From: a virus
DNA: 64,000 nt
IMG/VR virus record: IMGVR_UViG_3300029505_000004
Span: 460 to 64,459 of that record
Reading direction: 5' to 3' (one strand)
This document shows positions 27,702 through 37,482 of this stretch, in pieces. The notes beneath the pieces were generated by a model. The model did no database searches. It was not told where the DNA came from and saw only the letters and a program-made list of their open reading frames with translations. The stretch's first letter is position 1. The number at the start of each line of letters is the position of its first letter. The translations under genes were made by a program, and so were the position numbers.

Positions 27702-29333
27702 TTAAAAGGATTCGTTCTTTGTGTAGATCTCACCTTCGTACTTTTCCCATGCAGAACCGTTCCACTTCCAGAATTCACCGGCTTTACTTCCGGAGATACC
27801 AGTACATGCCTGTTTCAGATAGAAAATCTGACCTGTCTTTGGATCAGCAGGCGCGTCTGTTCCGTTGTCGTGAACTGAAACAACTGTTGCACCCGGCAGA
27901 CTTCCCTTGTAGTCACCTTCTACCCAGATATGTGAGAAGCCTTTCAACGCCAGAGCATTGATAGAGATCACGGCCTGTCTCTTTGCTTCTTCGCCTTCGA
28001 TATCTTCGGTAGACTTTTCTTCGTTCTTGTACCAGTATCTTACCAGACCTTGCATGTCTAAGATTGCTCCAGAGTTTGCATATCCGATAACATCAAGAGT
28101 AGGTTCGTGTTTCAGGTAGAAATCACCGAATACCGTGTGAAGTTTGGTACAAGAGAATCCCCATGTGGTAGCGGAAGTCATGGTGATATCCTTATGCTTG
28201 GTGAAGTCAATGTTCTGGATAGATTCAAGCTGGTCACGGCCCATCAGCCAGAAAGCTTCTTTTGAACAGTCGGATCCGGTAAATTTCAGTTTGGCCAGTG
28301 CAATGATTTCTTCAAACGTCCAGTTGCCGTCGTGCTGCCATTCGCGCTTGATCTGCCATCTGACACCTTCTGTAAAATAAACATCCTGAACTCCCATTTC
28401 ACCGCGGTCTACTTTCACTTTACCTTTCTGGCCGATCCACAGCGTTCTGTTGTTCTTACGTCTGTACTGTTTAACAGCGGCTTCTGCAATAGTAGCCTGC
28501 TGGAACGGGATTCTCTTTTTCTGATGGTCGAAGTAATCAGAAACAATCTGGTTCATAATGCTCTTTTGCAGATAAACTCTGTTGGGAGTAGGAACAACAA
28601 TGTCCGGAGCAACATTTTTCTGGGTTTCAGCACATGCGTTGCTGAGAATTACCAGCTTAGTTCCTGCTTCAATAGTAGGAACATTACAGTACATATCTGT
28701 TGCTTCACTCTTTGGACCGTTGATTGCGCGTACAATCGGGCTTCCATTTTTTGAACTGTCTTTACCTACGATAAACAGCATAAGGTCTACGCCTTCCAGT
28801 TCATTCTGTCCGGTGGGATCATAGCCGTTTACTCCCTTTGCAAGAATAGTTCCATATTCTTGGAACAAGCCTGCATCTTTGGAAGCTACTTCAATGGTTG
28901 CCGTTTCGCTTTCGGCTGCGGTGTATTTTTTTGAAACTTCAACAACGGCTTTCTGTTCGTCAATGATGTAGTGGTCTACCTCAAAGCTTTTAACTTTTAC
29001 CTGACGTTTTGCTTTTCGCATGATACCGTCAAGTACGGTTTCATCGGTCCCGATTTCAAAAATCTGCTCGTCAATCTCAGGTTGGATAAGTCCGTCACCT
29101 CCGACACCGCCGGTTGCCTGTTCAACTCCTGAAACAGTTGTTGCCTGTCCGGGAATTTGTGTTTCAGCACCGGTATGTCCGGGCTGTGCCTGTGCGCCGC
29201 CTTCTGTTACTGCAACGGTAGCCCCTTCTGCTGCAAGCATAAATGGAGATCCTATCAAAACCGACAGAACTGTCAGGCAGACAGACAAAACGCCCCATTT
29301 TTCTTTTTTGATAAATTTGATCAGTTTTTCCAT
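27702..29333 (-). CDS. putative major capsid protein
   Basis: 543 aa. Follows the scaffold-like gene in the canonical order scaffold then capsid. The hydrophobic N-terminus (LSVCLTVLSVLIGSPFML) is atypical. The call rests on position and size only. Confidence 0.5.
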   Translation of the reverse strand: MEKLIKFIKKEKWGVLSVCLTVLSVLIGSPFMLAAEGATVAVTEGGAQAQPGHTGAETQIPGQATTVSGVEQATGGVGGDGLIQPEIDEQIFEIGTDETVLDGIMRKAKRQVKVKSFEVDHYIIDEQKAVVEVSKKYTAAESETATIEVASKDAGLFQEYGTILAKGVNGYDPTGQNELEGVDLMLFIVGKDSSKNGSPIVRAINGPKSEATDMYCNVPTIEAGTKLVILSNACAETQKNVAPDIVVPTPNRVYLQKSIMNQIVSDYFDHQKKRIPFQQATIAEAAVKQYRRKNNRTLWIGQKGKVKVDRGEMGVQDVYFTEGVRWQIKREWQHDGNWTFEEIIALAKLKFTGSDCSKEAFWLMGRDQLESIQNIDFTKHKDITMTSATTWGFSCTKLHTVFGDFYLKHEPTLDVIGYANSGAILDMQGLVRYWYKNEEKSTEDIEGEEAKRQAVISINALALKGFSHIWVEGDYKGSLPGATVVSVHDNGTDAPADPKTGQIFYLKQACTGISGSKAGEFWKWNGSAWEKYEGEIYTKNESF

Positions 29334-29369
29334 AATTTTGCGTGTTATTTTGTGTTTGTGTTGTGGCTG

Positions 29370-30143
29370 TTATGCGTATTTTGCAATGTCAAGAATTGTT
29401 TCTTGTTTCTGCTTCGGTTTCTTGGTCTGCTTGGTATTTGTACCTAGTCCGGTCGGCAGCCCGTCTCCAATCTTGTCATTTCTCATTTTGTTTACGTTTT
29501 CGTTCCTTCCTTTGACTTCTCCGGCCTTCAGTGCATCACTTACGTCTGTGTCGTAATTGAAAGCCTTATCCATCATTTCAAGAAGTTCGGGAGTGTATCT
29601 TCCGGAAAGAATGGGTGATGCAACCCAATCCCACACCTTATCCAGGAATTCATCAACATCATAGCCTTTCTTTTTGCAGAATTGCTCAATTACAGGAGCG
29701 GATGTGTCCATGTTGCTTTTGTATTCTCTTTCCCTTGCAGCACGTTCTTCAGCTTCTTTCTTACGTTCTTCTTCTGCTGCTGCGATATCATCATATTCCG
29801 GCGTTCCTTCTTCTGCTGAAAGGAAATCTCTTCCGTAATATCTTACCAGCGCATTACCGCTGCTTCTCTTGCCGCTTACAATATCAGAAAGAACTTGCGC
29901 TAAACGGGGATCCTGATTGATAGCATCCGAAAGAATCTTCTTCTGTTCATCACTCTTGGTGTAGTAGTCGATCAACATTCCGTATGCTCCTTCTTCATCA
30001 TCAGGGTTATATCCCTGCATCCTTTCCATCATCATTGAGTTAAACCGTTCTTTGTTGGTCGGTTTTCTCTCTGTTTCACTGGCTGCGGTTTCCTGTTCCG
30101 CTGCTGTTTTAGCCATTTCTTCTTTATCCATTTTTGCAGTCAT
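29370..30143 (-). CDS. putative scaffolding protein
   Basis: 257 aa, highly acidic and helical (AAAEEERKKEAEERAAREREY), immediately upstream of the capsid candidate. Confidence 0.45.
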   Translation of the reverse strand: MTAKMDKEEMAKTAAEQETAASETERKPTNKERFNSMMMERMQGYNPDDEEGAYGMLIDYYTKSDEQKKILSDAINQDPRLAQVLSDIVSGKRSSGNALVRYYGRDFLSAEEGTPEYDDIAAAEEERKKEAEERAAREREYKSNMDTSAPVIEQFCKKKGYDVDEFLDKVWDWVASPILSGRYTPELLEMMDKAFNYDTDVSDALKAGEVKGRNENVNKMRNDKIGDGLPTGLGTNTKQTKKPKQKQETILDIAKYA

Positions 30144-30184
30144 TTAGTATATATGCAAAGTAAGACTTTAAAGCAATATTAAAG

Positions 30185-30226
30185 TTGATGATTTGGGTAG
30201 TATAATTGACGATTTGGGTAATAAGG
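30185..30226. repeat. two tandem 21-bp direct repeats in a divergent intergenic region
   Basis: TTGATGATTTGGGTAGTATAA followed by TTGACGATTTGGGTAATAAGG. Confidence 0.8.
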
Positions 30227-30272
30227 CTATTTGTTTGTTTTTTATTATTATCTTTGTGGAAAGCTGCGTTTT

Positions 30273-30677
30273 ATGAAAGAGAATTACATTTCAGAACTTC
30301 GACGACAGCATATAACAGACGCGTTCTTTGAAGCAATAAAGTCTATGAGAAAATTTTCCGTAACACAGGACGATATCATACGTTCGGTTATGATAAAGGG
30401 TGCTCCCAGATTTTATGTCAGTTACGAGAACGCCAGACGTTATGTCTCGAAGATTGAGAGAGGAAAGCCGCTGGGGCTTAAAAATAAGAACACTATCCTT
30501 ATGTATCAGGAGTTGCACAGAAGATACAAAGCCTATAAGGATAAGACAGGATTGGTCGGTTATTCGATCCTGACAAAGATTTTACAGGAAAAAGCACCTT
30601 CCTACTACATTGATCTGAAAACATTCCGGGAAATCATTTACAGCTACTACAAAGAAAGGAAGAAATGCCAGTCATAG
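30273..30677 (+). CDS. hypothetical basic protein (possible DNA-binding or small-terminase role, by position)
   Basis: ATG at 30273 (MKENYISELRRQH...); the track ORF starts at an upstream TTG. Lies two genes upstream of TerL. Confidence 0.5.
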   Translation: MKENYISELRRQHITDAFFEAIKSMRKFSVTQDDIIRSVMIKGAPRFYVSYENARRYVSKIERGKPLGLKNKNTILMYQELHRRYKAYKDKTGLVGYSILTKILQEKAPSYYIDLKTFREIIYSYYKERKKCQS

Positions 30678-31150
30678 TTGTTCTATTTATTATTTGGCTG
30701 CTTTCTTTTTTCTATCCGATCGAAATGCTGGCCGTTACAAACCACTCTTCTTGGTGGACGCTATTCACATATAATCTGGTACATACTTACTTTCTTCATC
30801 TTGCGGTTAATTGCTTTGTGTTCTGGACTTATTACCGCGTTCTTCATAAATCTGATCTTAAATTTTTGCTTCCGGCCTGTGTTATAATACCGGCCATATC
30901 CGGATATCTATCGGCTAAAGATGTTCCAACTTGCGGATTTTCCGCTGTTATTTCCGTGATAATGGGATATTATCTTTCTGGCATAAACAAGAAGCTTTTT
31001 CTGAAATCCATTTCACTTATTATTTTTTCTTATGTTTTTACCGGCTTGTTTGCGCACGGGGTAAACACACTCATCCATGTGTACAGCTTTTCATCCTCGT
31101 ATCTGGCTAGCCTAGTTTACAGGAGGATATTATGCAGGCGCAGGAAATAA
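30665..31150 (+). CDS. rhomboid-family intramembrane serine protease-like protein
   Basis: WTLFTYNLVHTYFLHLAVN reproduces the GlpG TM2 spacing W-x2-F-T-x4-H-x4-H-x3-N. CGFSAVISVIMGY matches the catalytic GxSG...MGY helix. A later AHGVN supplies the candidate His. Hydrophobic throughout. Confidence 0.8.
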   Translation: MPVIVVLFIIWLLSFFYPIEMLAVTNHSSWWTLFTYNLVHTYFLHLAVNCFVFWTYYRVLHKSDLKFLLPACVIIPAISGYLSAKDVPTCGFSAVISVIMGYYLSGINKKLFLKSISLIIFSYVFTGLFAHGVNTLIHVYSFSSSYLASLVYRRILCRRRK

Positions 31151-33147
31151 TAAAGAAAAACCTTGAAAGGCTCAAAGTAATTGAATCGCCTTACAATCCT
31201 CTTACCGGTGAAGGATCTTTTTCTATTGAGAGAGTAAAGGTAGCATGTGAAGATTTTCCTTTGAAGGGAATGTGGCTTCCGGTGGAATTTGCCAATACCG
31301 GCTTCTGTCAGGTTCTCATGTCTCTTGGAATACGTCTGTACATTGAAAGAATAATGCAGCAGGCGTATACAGAATACATGGCTAATCTTCTGTATGTTGA
31401 ATTTTGTCGGCAGAGATTTCTGTATGATTTTGAATTCTGGGCATACAGTACCGCTCTTATTTCTCCAAAGGGGGGTGGAGAGGATATACACTTCCTTCTT
31501 AACAGGGCACAGAGGACCTATCTTTGTACTCTGGAAAAGCTTAGAAAGAATAATGAACCTATCAACATAATACTTTTGAAAGCCCGGCAATGGGGCGGAT
31601 CTACTCTTACTCAGATATACATGCTTTGGATCCAGATCATTCATAGGAAGAACTGGAACAGTGTTATATGCGGTGATGTAGAATCCCAGTCAAACATTGT
31701 TTCGGGTATGCTTTCCAAAGTAATAGAACATTATCCCACATGGGCTACAAATGGTATTTCTTTGAAAACTACTCCGTTTGAAGGATCATCTAAAACAAGA
31801 CAGATACAGTATTGTCAGTGTCTTTACTCAATCGGATCGGCCCAGAAACCGGATAGCCTTCGTTCTCAAAATATATCTATGGCCCACCTGACAGAGGTGG
31901 GTTTGTGGAAGGAAACGAAAGGTAAAAAGCCTGAAGATCTTGTACAGTCTATTTTTGGATCAATCAATGACGGCCCTTACACAGTCAAGGTTCTTGAATC
32001 TACCGCCAAAGGTGTAGGAAACTATTTTCACAGAACATGGCTGAAAGCTGTAAAGGGAGAAAACGACTTTACACCCGTATTTATCCCGTGGTTCCTGATT
32101 GATATGTACTCTACTTACATAGGATATCAGAACTATCTGGATTTCATAGAATCAATGGATGAATACGAACACTACCTTTTTGAGTTGGGTGCTACTCTTG
32201 AAGCTATTGCCTGGTATCGGAAAAAGAAAAAAGGAATGGTTGAGGAATGGCGTATGTGTTCTGAATATCCTTCTGATCCGAAAGAAGCATTTCAGTCAAC
32301 CGGCCGCCCGTTCTTCCCCAGACAATATGTTGAACAGTGTCGTAAATCCTGTATGGATCCGGCTTTCTATGGAGAATTTGTCGGTGACGCAACTAAAGGA
32401 GAAAAAGCATTTGAAAATATACGGTTTGTTGAAGTCGAAAAACCGAAACAGAGAGAAAATGCGCTGCATGTATGGATGCTTCCAGACAAATCAAAAGGGC
32501 TTTACAGATACAGATATATTGTTTCTGTTGATATTGGTGGTACTGGAGATCAGGCAGACTACTCTTCGATTAAAGTATTTGACCGGCTTCCCATGATTGA
32601 AGGCGGTATTCCGGAAGTAGTTGCCGAATGGCATGGTCATATCGAACACGACCTTTTGATATGGAAAGCTGCCCAGATAGCTAAAGCTTATGACACGGCT
32701 TTACTTGTCATTGAATCCAATACATTAGAGACAGAAGGAACAGAAGGAGACAATTTTGAATATGTGCTTGATGAAATTGTTGATTTCTATCCCGACCTGT
32801 ATAGCCGCACAAGTCCGGAACAGATCAAACAGGGAGCACCGGTTAAATATGGTTTCCACACCAACCCTTCAACCAAGCCAATGGTTACCGGGTTCCTGAA
32901 GGCTGCCATGCGTGATTGCCTGTACATAGAACGAAGCTTAGAAACAACGTTTGAATACGACCAGTTTGAAATCAAAGAGGATGGCAAAAAGACTGGTGCT
33001 GTTGAGGGTTGCCATGACGACCGTGTAATGTCTACCGCAATAGGCGTATATGTTTGCTATAAGACAGAGAAACCATACAGGATTGCACAAAAAAATACGG
33101 GCCTTCAAAAGAGAAAAACCCGTATTGTTTCCGAAGCTTCCGTTTAA
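31132..33147 (+). CDS. terL: terminase large subunit
   Basis: ATPase motif LLKARQWGGSTL. Nuclease-domain motifs SVDIGGTGDQADYSSIKVFD and GCHDDRVMSTAIG. 671 aa. Confidence 0.8.
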   Translation: MQAQEIIKKNLERLKVIESPYNPLTGEGSFSIERVKVACEDFPLKGMWLPVEFANTGFCQVLMSLGIRLYIERIMQQAYTEYMANLLYVEFCRQRFLYDFEFWAYSTALISPKGGGEDIHFLLNRAQRTYLCTLEKLRKNNEPINIILLKARQWGGSTLTQIYMLWIQIIHRKNWNSVICGDVESQSNIVSGMLSKVIEHYPTWATNGISLKTTPFEGSSKTRQIQYCQCLYSIGSAQKPDSLRSQNISMAHLTEVGLWKETKGKKPEDLVQSIFGSINDGPYTVKVLESTAKGVGNYFHRTWLKAVKGENDFTPVFIPWFLIDMYSTYIGYQNYLDFIESMDEYEHYLFELGATLEAIAWYRKKKKGMVEEWRMCSEYPSDPKEAFQSTGRPFFPRQYVEQCRKSCMDPAFYGEFVGDATKGEKAFENIRFVEVEKPKQRENALHVWMLPDKSKGLYRYRYIVSVDIGGTGDQADYSSIKVFDRLPMIEGGIPEVVAEWHGHIEHDLLIWKAAQIAKAYDTALLVIESNTLETEGTEGDNFEYVLDEIVDFYPDLYSRTSPEQIKQGAPVKYGFHTNPSTKPMVTGFLKAAMRDCLYIERSLETTFEYDQFEIKEDGKKTGAVEGCHDDRVMSTAIGVYVCYKTEKPYRIAQKNTGLQKRKTRIVSEASV

Positions 33148-35126
33148 GCTGCTTGTTGTATTATTCCGTCTTGTGGAGAAGCATTTGCATCGTTCATCAT
33201 CTTCTCCATAAGTGCCGGATTTTGACTTGCTATCTGTTGCATCAGTGCCGGATCCATCTGTGTCATGTTCTGGTTTTCTGCCATTTCCTGCTCTGCACGT
33301 TTGATACTTTCCAATATCTTTGATGCAAAAGGCAGACTGGAGTTTTCCAGCAAGGTCTTTACGTTGATAGCCTGCATTTCAAACAGCTTCATCAGGAATT
33401 CGTTTTCAAGCATTTGGAATGTAGGTGTATTTGTTCCTTCTGTAAGTTCAAGATCAAGCTGCGCACCCTGAACCTTCTCCGGATCGTAATATTTAGATTC
33501 TTCAGAATAATCTTTTCCTCCCAATTCTATATATCTGGGCGAATCATAATATTGCTGAATGGTCTGCATCAGCTTGAGATCTCTCCTTTTCCGGAAGGCT
33601 TTAAACGAATCGAACAAACCTTTCAGGTTCATAGATGCGTTTTCTGTCTGTTGTGCATAAAGAGAAGCGGCAGTTCCGGATGAAGGATCCTTTCCCTGCA
33701 TAGCTGAGTTTACACCGGCAATATCATTGATCAGTTTTAACTGAAGGCTTAACAGTTCATAGTCCCCCTGAATGGCTCCGGATCCGTTAAGCTGTGTAAT
33801 GACTGAACGAATGTCTTTACCCGGTTTCAGTCGGCAGAAAAGAACTCCGTTATATCTTACGTATTCATCAATGATTTCTTCCCGGCTCATGCTGTCGAAT
33901 GCATCTTCATCCACAACTACCAGACCTTTTGCTGAAGAAGAACGTATAAAGTCTATCAGCGTCATGGTACGGTTGATACTTCTCTGCTGGTCGATAAAGT
34001 CCTCTATGAAATTGAATATCTTTCCGTGTATGATAGGATAAGCATGAAATACATAGTTGTGCTGGCCGTGCCAGTATGGGCTTCTTCCTTCCTGCAAAAC
34101 ATCACCCCACGGGGAAAGATATCTGTAATACCAGTATCTTTCTACTTTGAATTCGTATTCTATCAAAAGAATATCTTCCTCTTCTACTCCAGCTTCAAGT
34201 GCTTCGGATATTCTTTTCTGGTTTATGTATTCCAGCTTATTTACTTCGTTCAATCCGACAAAGCCCCAGCTTCCATCAAGCGTGTCGTGGTAGAAATATG
34301 CGTCCCTGCTCTCCAGCTTCCAGCCTAGGATAACCCGGCAAAGATCTACTTCTGCAGGTGTGTAAAAATCGGCATTTTTCTGGTTGTAACCCTGTACACC
34401 GTCAACGAATGATCTTCTTGGGTGATCATTGGTTCCATATATGCTTTCCAGCCATTCACGATCCTTTTTACTCTTTGCAAAGGCCGCGACTACCTGTTCA
34501 AAGTCCATATCAAAGATTTCACCGATGCAGGTTATATCCCATCCTCGCTGATCTTCTATGTTTGTATTGAAAAATAGCCGTGAGGGATCAACATTGTAAA
34601 CCCATGCATCATTCATGTGCTTGTACTCGTTGTACCCGAACTCTATTCTTTGTGCAATGTAGCCGCCACATTCCAGAACCATAAGGCTGGCTGCGTCCAG
34701 TTCTGTGATCTCGTTAAGTGACTGAGCATATTCCATTGCAATACTCATCATTTCACCGATCTTTGCTTCATCCCGATCTCTTACCGAGCATATAGGTTTT
34801 GTTACGTTTCTTCTGAACTGGCCTTCTATGTTCTTAACAATCGGTGCTATCATGTTGTTTTTCAAAGGAACCTTACCATTTTTCTTGATAAGTTCTCCTT
34901 CAGTCATCATCTTGCCGGTGTCCGGATCCTTTATATAGTCTCCCCATTGATCTTCTTTCGCATACATCAGGGATCTTTCCATTTTCTTACGGGCAGTGTA
35001 AAGGCTGCTCCAGTATGAAGCAAACTCTTCAAGTTCCTCATACGCCGTTCCTCTTGTGCGGTAAACGGTTTCTTTTGTCCTGTCGTCCCGCTTCGGCTTT
35101 ACAGATCTGTTTAAGAATTTATTCAT
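33144..35126 (-). CDS. putative portal protein
   Basis: 660 aa. N-terminal AKEDQWGDY-type motif common in portals. Adjacent to TerL and upstream of scaffold and capsid. Long helical Q/M-rich C-terminus. Confidence 0.65.
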   Translation of the reverse strand: MNKFLNRSVKPKRDDRTKETVYRTRGTAYEELEEFASYWSSLYTARKKMERSLMYAKEDQWGDYIKDPDTGKMMTEGELIKKNGKVPLKNNMIAPIVKNIEGQFRRNVTKPICSVRDRDEAKIGEMMSIAMEYAQSLNEITELDAASLMVLECGGYIAQRIEFGYNEYKHMNDAWVYNVDPSRLFFNTNIEDQRGWDITCIGEIFDMDFEQVVAAFAKSKKDREWLESIYGTNDHPRRSFVDGVQGYNQKNADFYTPAEVDLCRVILGWKLESRDAYFYHDTLDGSWGFVGLNEVNKLEYINQKRISEALEAGVEEEDILLIEYEFKVERYWYYRYLSPWGDVLQEGRSPYWHGQHNYVFHAYPIIHGKIFNFIEDFIDQQRSINRTMTLIDFIRSSSAKGLVVVDEDAFDSMSREEIIDEYVRYNGVLFCRLKPGKDIRSVITQLNGSGAIQGDYELLSLQLKLINDIAGVNSAMQGKDPSSGTAASLYAQQTENASMNLKGLFDSFKAFRKRRDLKLMQTIQQYYDSPRYIELGGKDYSEESKYYDPEKVQGAQLDLELTEGTNTPTFQMLENEFLMKLFEMQAINVKTLLENSSLPFASKILESIKRAEQEMAENQNMTQMDPALMQQIASQNPALMEKMMNDANASPQDGIIQQAA

Positions 35127-35185
35127 GTTTGTGTGATTTTTTACAAAACTAGCTTATTTTCAAATACTAAAGTTGAAATATTGGG

Positions 35186-35220
35186 AAAAGCGGTACGTCA
35201 TTATGGCGCACCGCTTTTTT
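35186..35220 (-). terminator. hairpin terminator/attenuator between the polyvalent gene and the portal
   Basis: Stem GCGGTACG...CGCACCGC (35190-35214), flanked by an A-run and a T-run. Confidence 0.5.
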
Positions 35221-35221
35221 C

Positions 35222-37474
35222 TTATTTCACTTCTTCAAGAAGTTCTCGTCTGGTTTCTATAATCATATCCTCTATTTCTTTTCGATCTTCTCCTTGAGAT
35301 TCTTTTGCCATATCGTTTAGTTTTTTCAACTTCTTCTGATATGGTTTGTATTTCTGGTATTTATCATACAGATCAGAATTCAGCATTTCTTTATACTCAT
35401 CTTTGTTTCCGCTTTTCTTTACACCATTAAGTTCATACTTAAACTGGTCCATTTCATCACGGAGATTAAAGTATTCTGTATTGATTCCAGAAAAAGCATT
35501 TCTTTCATCAACAGTATTAAGGAACCTGTTTACAATAGGAACATTTCTCATCACCAGATCTTCATCTTTCTGCTGTTCGATTAATGACTTTCCACCATAA
35601 TATATCGTTTTCCCAGCCTGATTGAATGTTTTGGCCATACCGCCAAAATAAGATTCAAGAAGGTGTTCTACTTTGGCAGGATTGAAATCTATAAATCCTT
35701 TTCGGAATTCAGATCCCGGACCACTACCGTTGCTGATATCATTCAGGAATTTGGAAGTATCAACAAGCCATCCTGACGTACCTTTATAAACTCTCTTCCA
35801 CTCCGGATCACGTTCGTTAAATGGAGATATCTTTGCTACCGGTTTCCCGGTGAAGTCCTGATTCCAGACATAAGCCTCAAATATTGGAGACATAATATCA
35901 GGCATAAACGTCTTTAAGCCTTCATTCCCTGTTGGATTTAAAGGCAAAAGATCTGCAAGCTGTCCTACTGTTCCTTTTGCGATATTGGTCGCGGAAGGCT
36001 TTTCTTTGCCGGTTGTAATCTGATAAGCATAATCACCCAGCCCGTAGAAAGCCCTTAATTCAATGGGAAGAGGAATAGTCAAAAACGTATCATTACCTGT
36101 ATATATACAGAGATTGTTTCTTCTTACCCATTCCGGCAGATCATTGTACGGATCATCGTCTCCACCGCCAAAGATACTGTACAATACATTGTTTATCATT
36201 GGCATTAAAAATCCTGCTGACATAAATCCGCCTAAAGCTGAATAGAACTTAACCGGTTGTTTGTCATACAGTCTTTTAAAATTGGTTAGAGACTGAACAG
36301 AAGCATTAAAGAAAAGATACAGGTTTCTGAATATACCCGAAGTCATTCCAAAAAATCCGCCGGTTTTATATCCGGCCCCTTTCTTGTTAAAGTTTACAGT
36401 TACTTCTTTCGCATCATTCACAGATTCCGTAATACTTCTACCCATTTGTCTGGAAGTCATGTACGTGGTAAATCGTGAAATATCTTCTGCCCATCTGTTG
36501 AAATCCTCAAGTCTGTCTATTGCAAAATCCATAGCCATCTTTGCGGATCCCATCTCACCGTTTATTTTTGGAAGTTCCTTCCTTACTTTTTTCTTGTACT
36601 TTTCAACATCATTCAGGTGCATGTATCCGGTTTCACCGCCATTCTCGATAAACTCCTGAAAATATCTGTCAGCTTCGGTGTTATTTGGCTTGCCATTCAG
36701 GTTTCTCAATACAACAGGCATGGCTTTCAGTATGTTCTTTCTGAACCTACTTGAATACTTCCCATCTTCTTTTATGCTTACAGCAACATTGGAAAATATC
36801 AGGTCTCTTACAAGGTTGCTTAACACAAAAGCCGGGTTTCTGGTAGTGAAGTTAGCCGCCAACCATCTGTTTGCAGTTGCAATGGATCTGAATATCGGGT
36901 TCTGTTCTACATTCGGGTTAGTCAATCCATTGATTGCCTGCGCTGCTCTTGGATTTCCATTAATGTATATAATATAATCTTTCCCGCCATTCTTTACCTG
37001 AACAACATGCTGGGAGATGTTGTTTTTATTGATCCTATAATTTATATTAAGACCATTTGACTTTTGTGTTGCACGCCCCTCATTTTTTAATTGCTTCATC
37101 TGCTCTTCGTGATTTTTGATCTTTTCAGCAATAGTTTCAGCGTTGTCGCTTTCTTGAATGTATGGCATAGATATATTCCATTCATCTTTTACCGGATCAT
37201 ATACATACCAAGCCTTTTTCAATGTAGCTATATCAGTAGGATGATTTATAACCATACTCATAAAACTTTGCTTCATCATGTTTCTGTTGCCTTGCATGAT
37301 AGCACTTTCGGCCATATTTCCAATTGTGGCAAATATTTCATCAGGAATACTCTTTCTTCCCTTTGCGGATTTCAGTACAGAACTTACAGGATTTCTTTCT
37401 GAATCAATATATTCATAAACATCTTCTGCTGTCTGTTCATCCCATCCGCGCAAGGGTACATAATACATGTACAT
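35222..37474 (-). CDS. C-terminal 750-aa fragment of the IS-split polyvalent protein
   Basis: The ORF begins MYMYYVPLRGW, directly at the IS target-site duplication. Deleting IS plus TSD (1089 nt, 3 x 363) fuses it in frame to ORF 38552-49933. Confidence 0.8.
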   Translation of the reverse strand: MYMYYVPLRGWDEQTAEDVYEYIDSERNPVSSVLKSAKGRKSIPDEIFATIGNMAESAIMQGNRNMMKQSFMSMVINHPTDIATLKKAWYVYDPVKDEWNISMPYIQESDNAETIAEKIKNHEEQMKQLKNEGRATQKSNGLNINYRINKNNISQHVVQVKNGGKDYIIYINGNPRAAQAINGLTNPNVEQNPIFRSIATANRWLAANFTTRNPAFVLSNLVRDLIFSNVAVSIKEDGKYSSRFRKNILKAMPVVLRNLNGKPNNTEADRYFQEFIENGGETGYMHLNDVEKYKKKVRKELPKINGEMGSAKMAMDFAIDRLEDFNRWAEDISRFTTYMTSRQMGRSITESVNDAKEVTVNFNKKGAGYKTGGFFGMTSGIFRNLYLFFNASVQSLTNFKRLYDKQPVKFYSALGGFMSAGFLMPMINNVLYSIFGGGDDDPYNDLPEWVRRNNLCIYTGNDTFLTIPLPIELRAFYGLGDYAYQITTGKEKPSATNIAKGTVGQLADLLPLNPTGNEGLKTFMPDIMSPIFEAYVWNQDFTGKPVAKISPFNERDPEWKRVYKGTSGWLVDTSKFLNDISNGSGPGSEFRKGFIDFNPAKVEHLLESYFGGMAKTFNQAGKTIYYGGKSLIEQQKDEDLVMRNVPIVNRFLNTVDERNAFSGINTEYFNLRDEMDQFKYELNGVKKSGNKDEYKEMLNSDLYDKYQKYKPYQKKLKKLNDMAKESQGEDRKEIEDMIIETRRELLEEVK

Positions 37475-37475
37475 G

Positions 37476-37482
37476 TTATTTA
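37476..37482. repeat. target-site duplication, left copy (TTATTTA)
   Basis: Identical 7-mer at 38565-38571, immediately outside the IS inverted repeats. Confidence 0.8.

Noticed and set aside
31117-31644. 175-aa - strand ORF opposite the TerL 5' region.
   Set aside because: The + strand frame continues into unmistakable terminase motifs. The antisense product has no features and would lack a promoter context.
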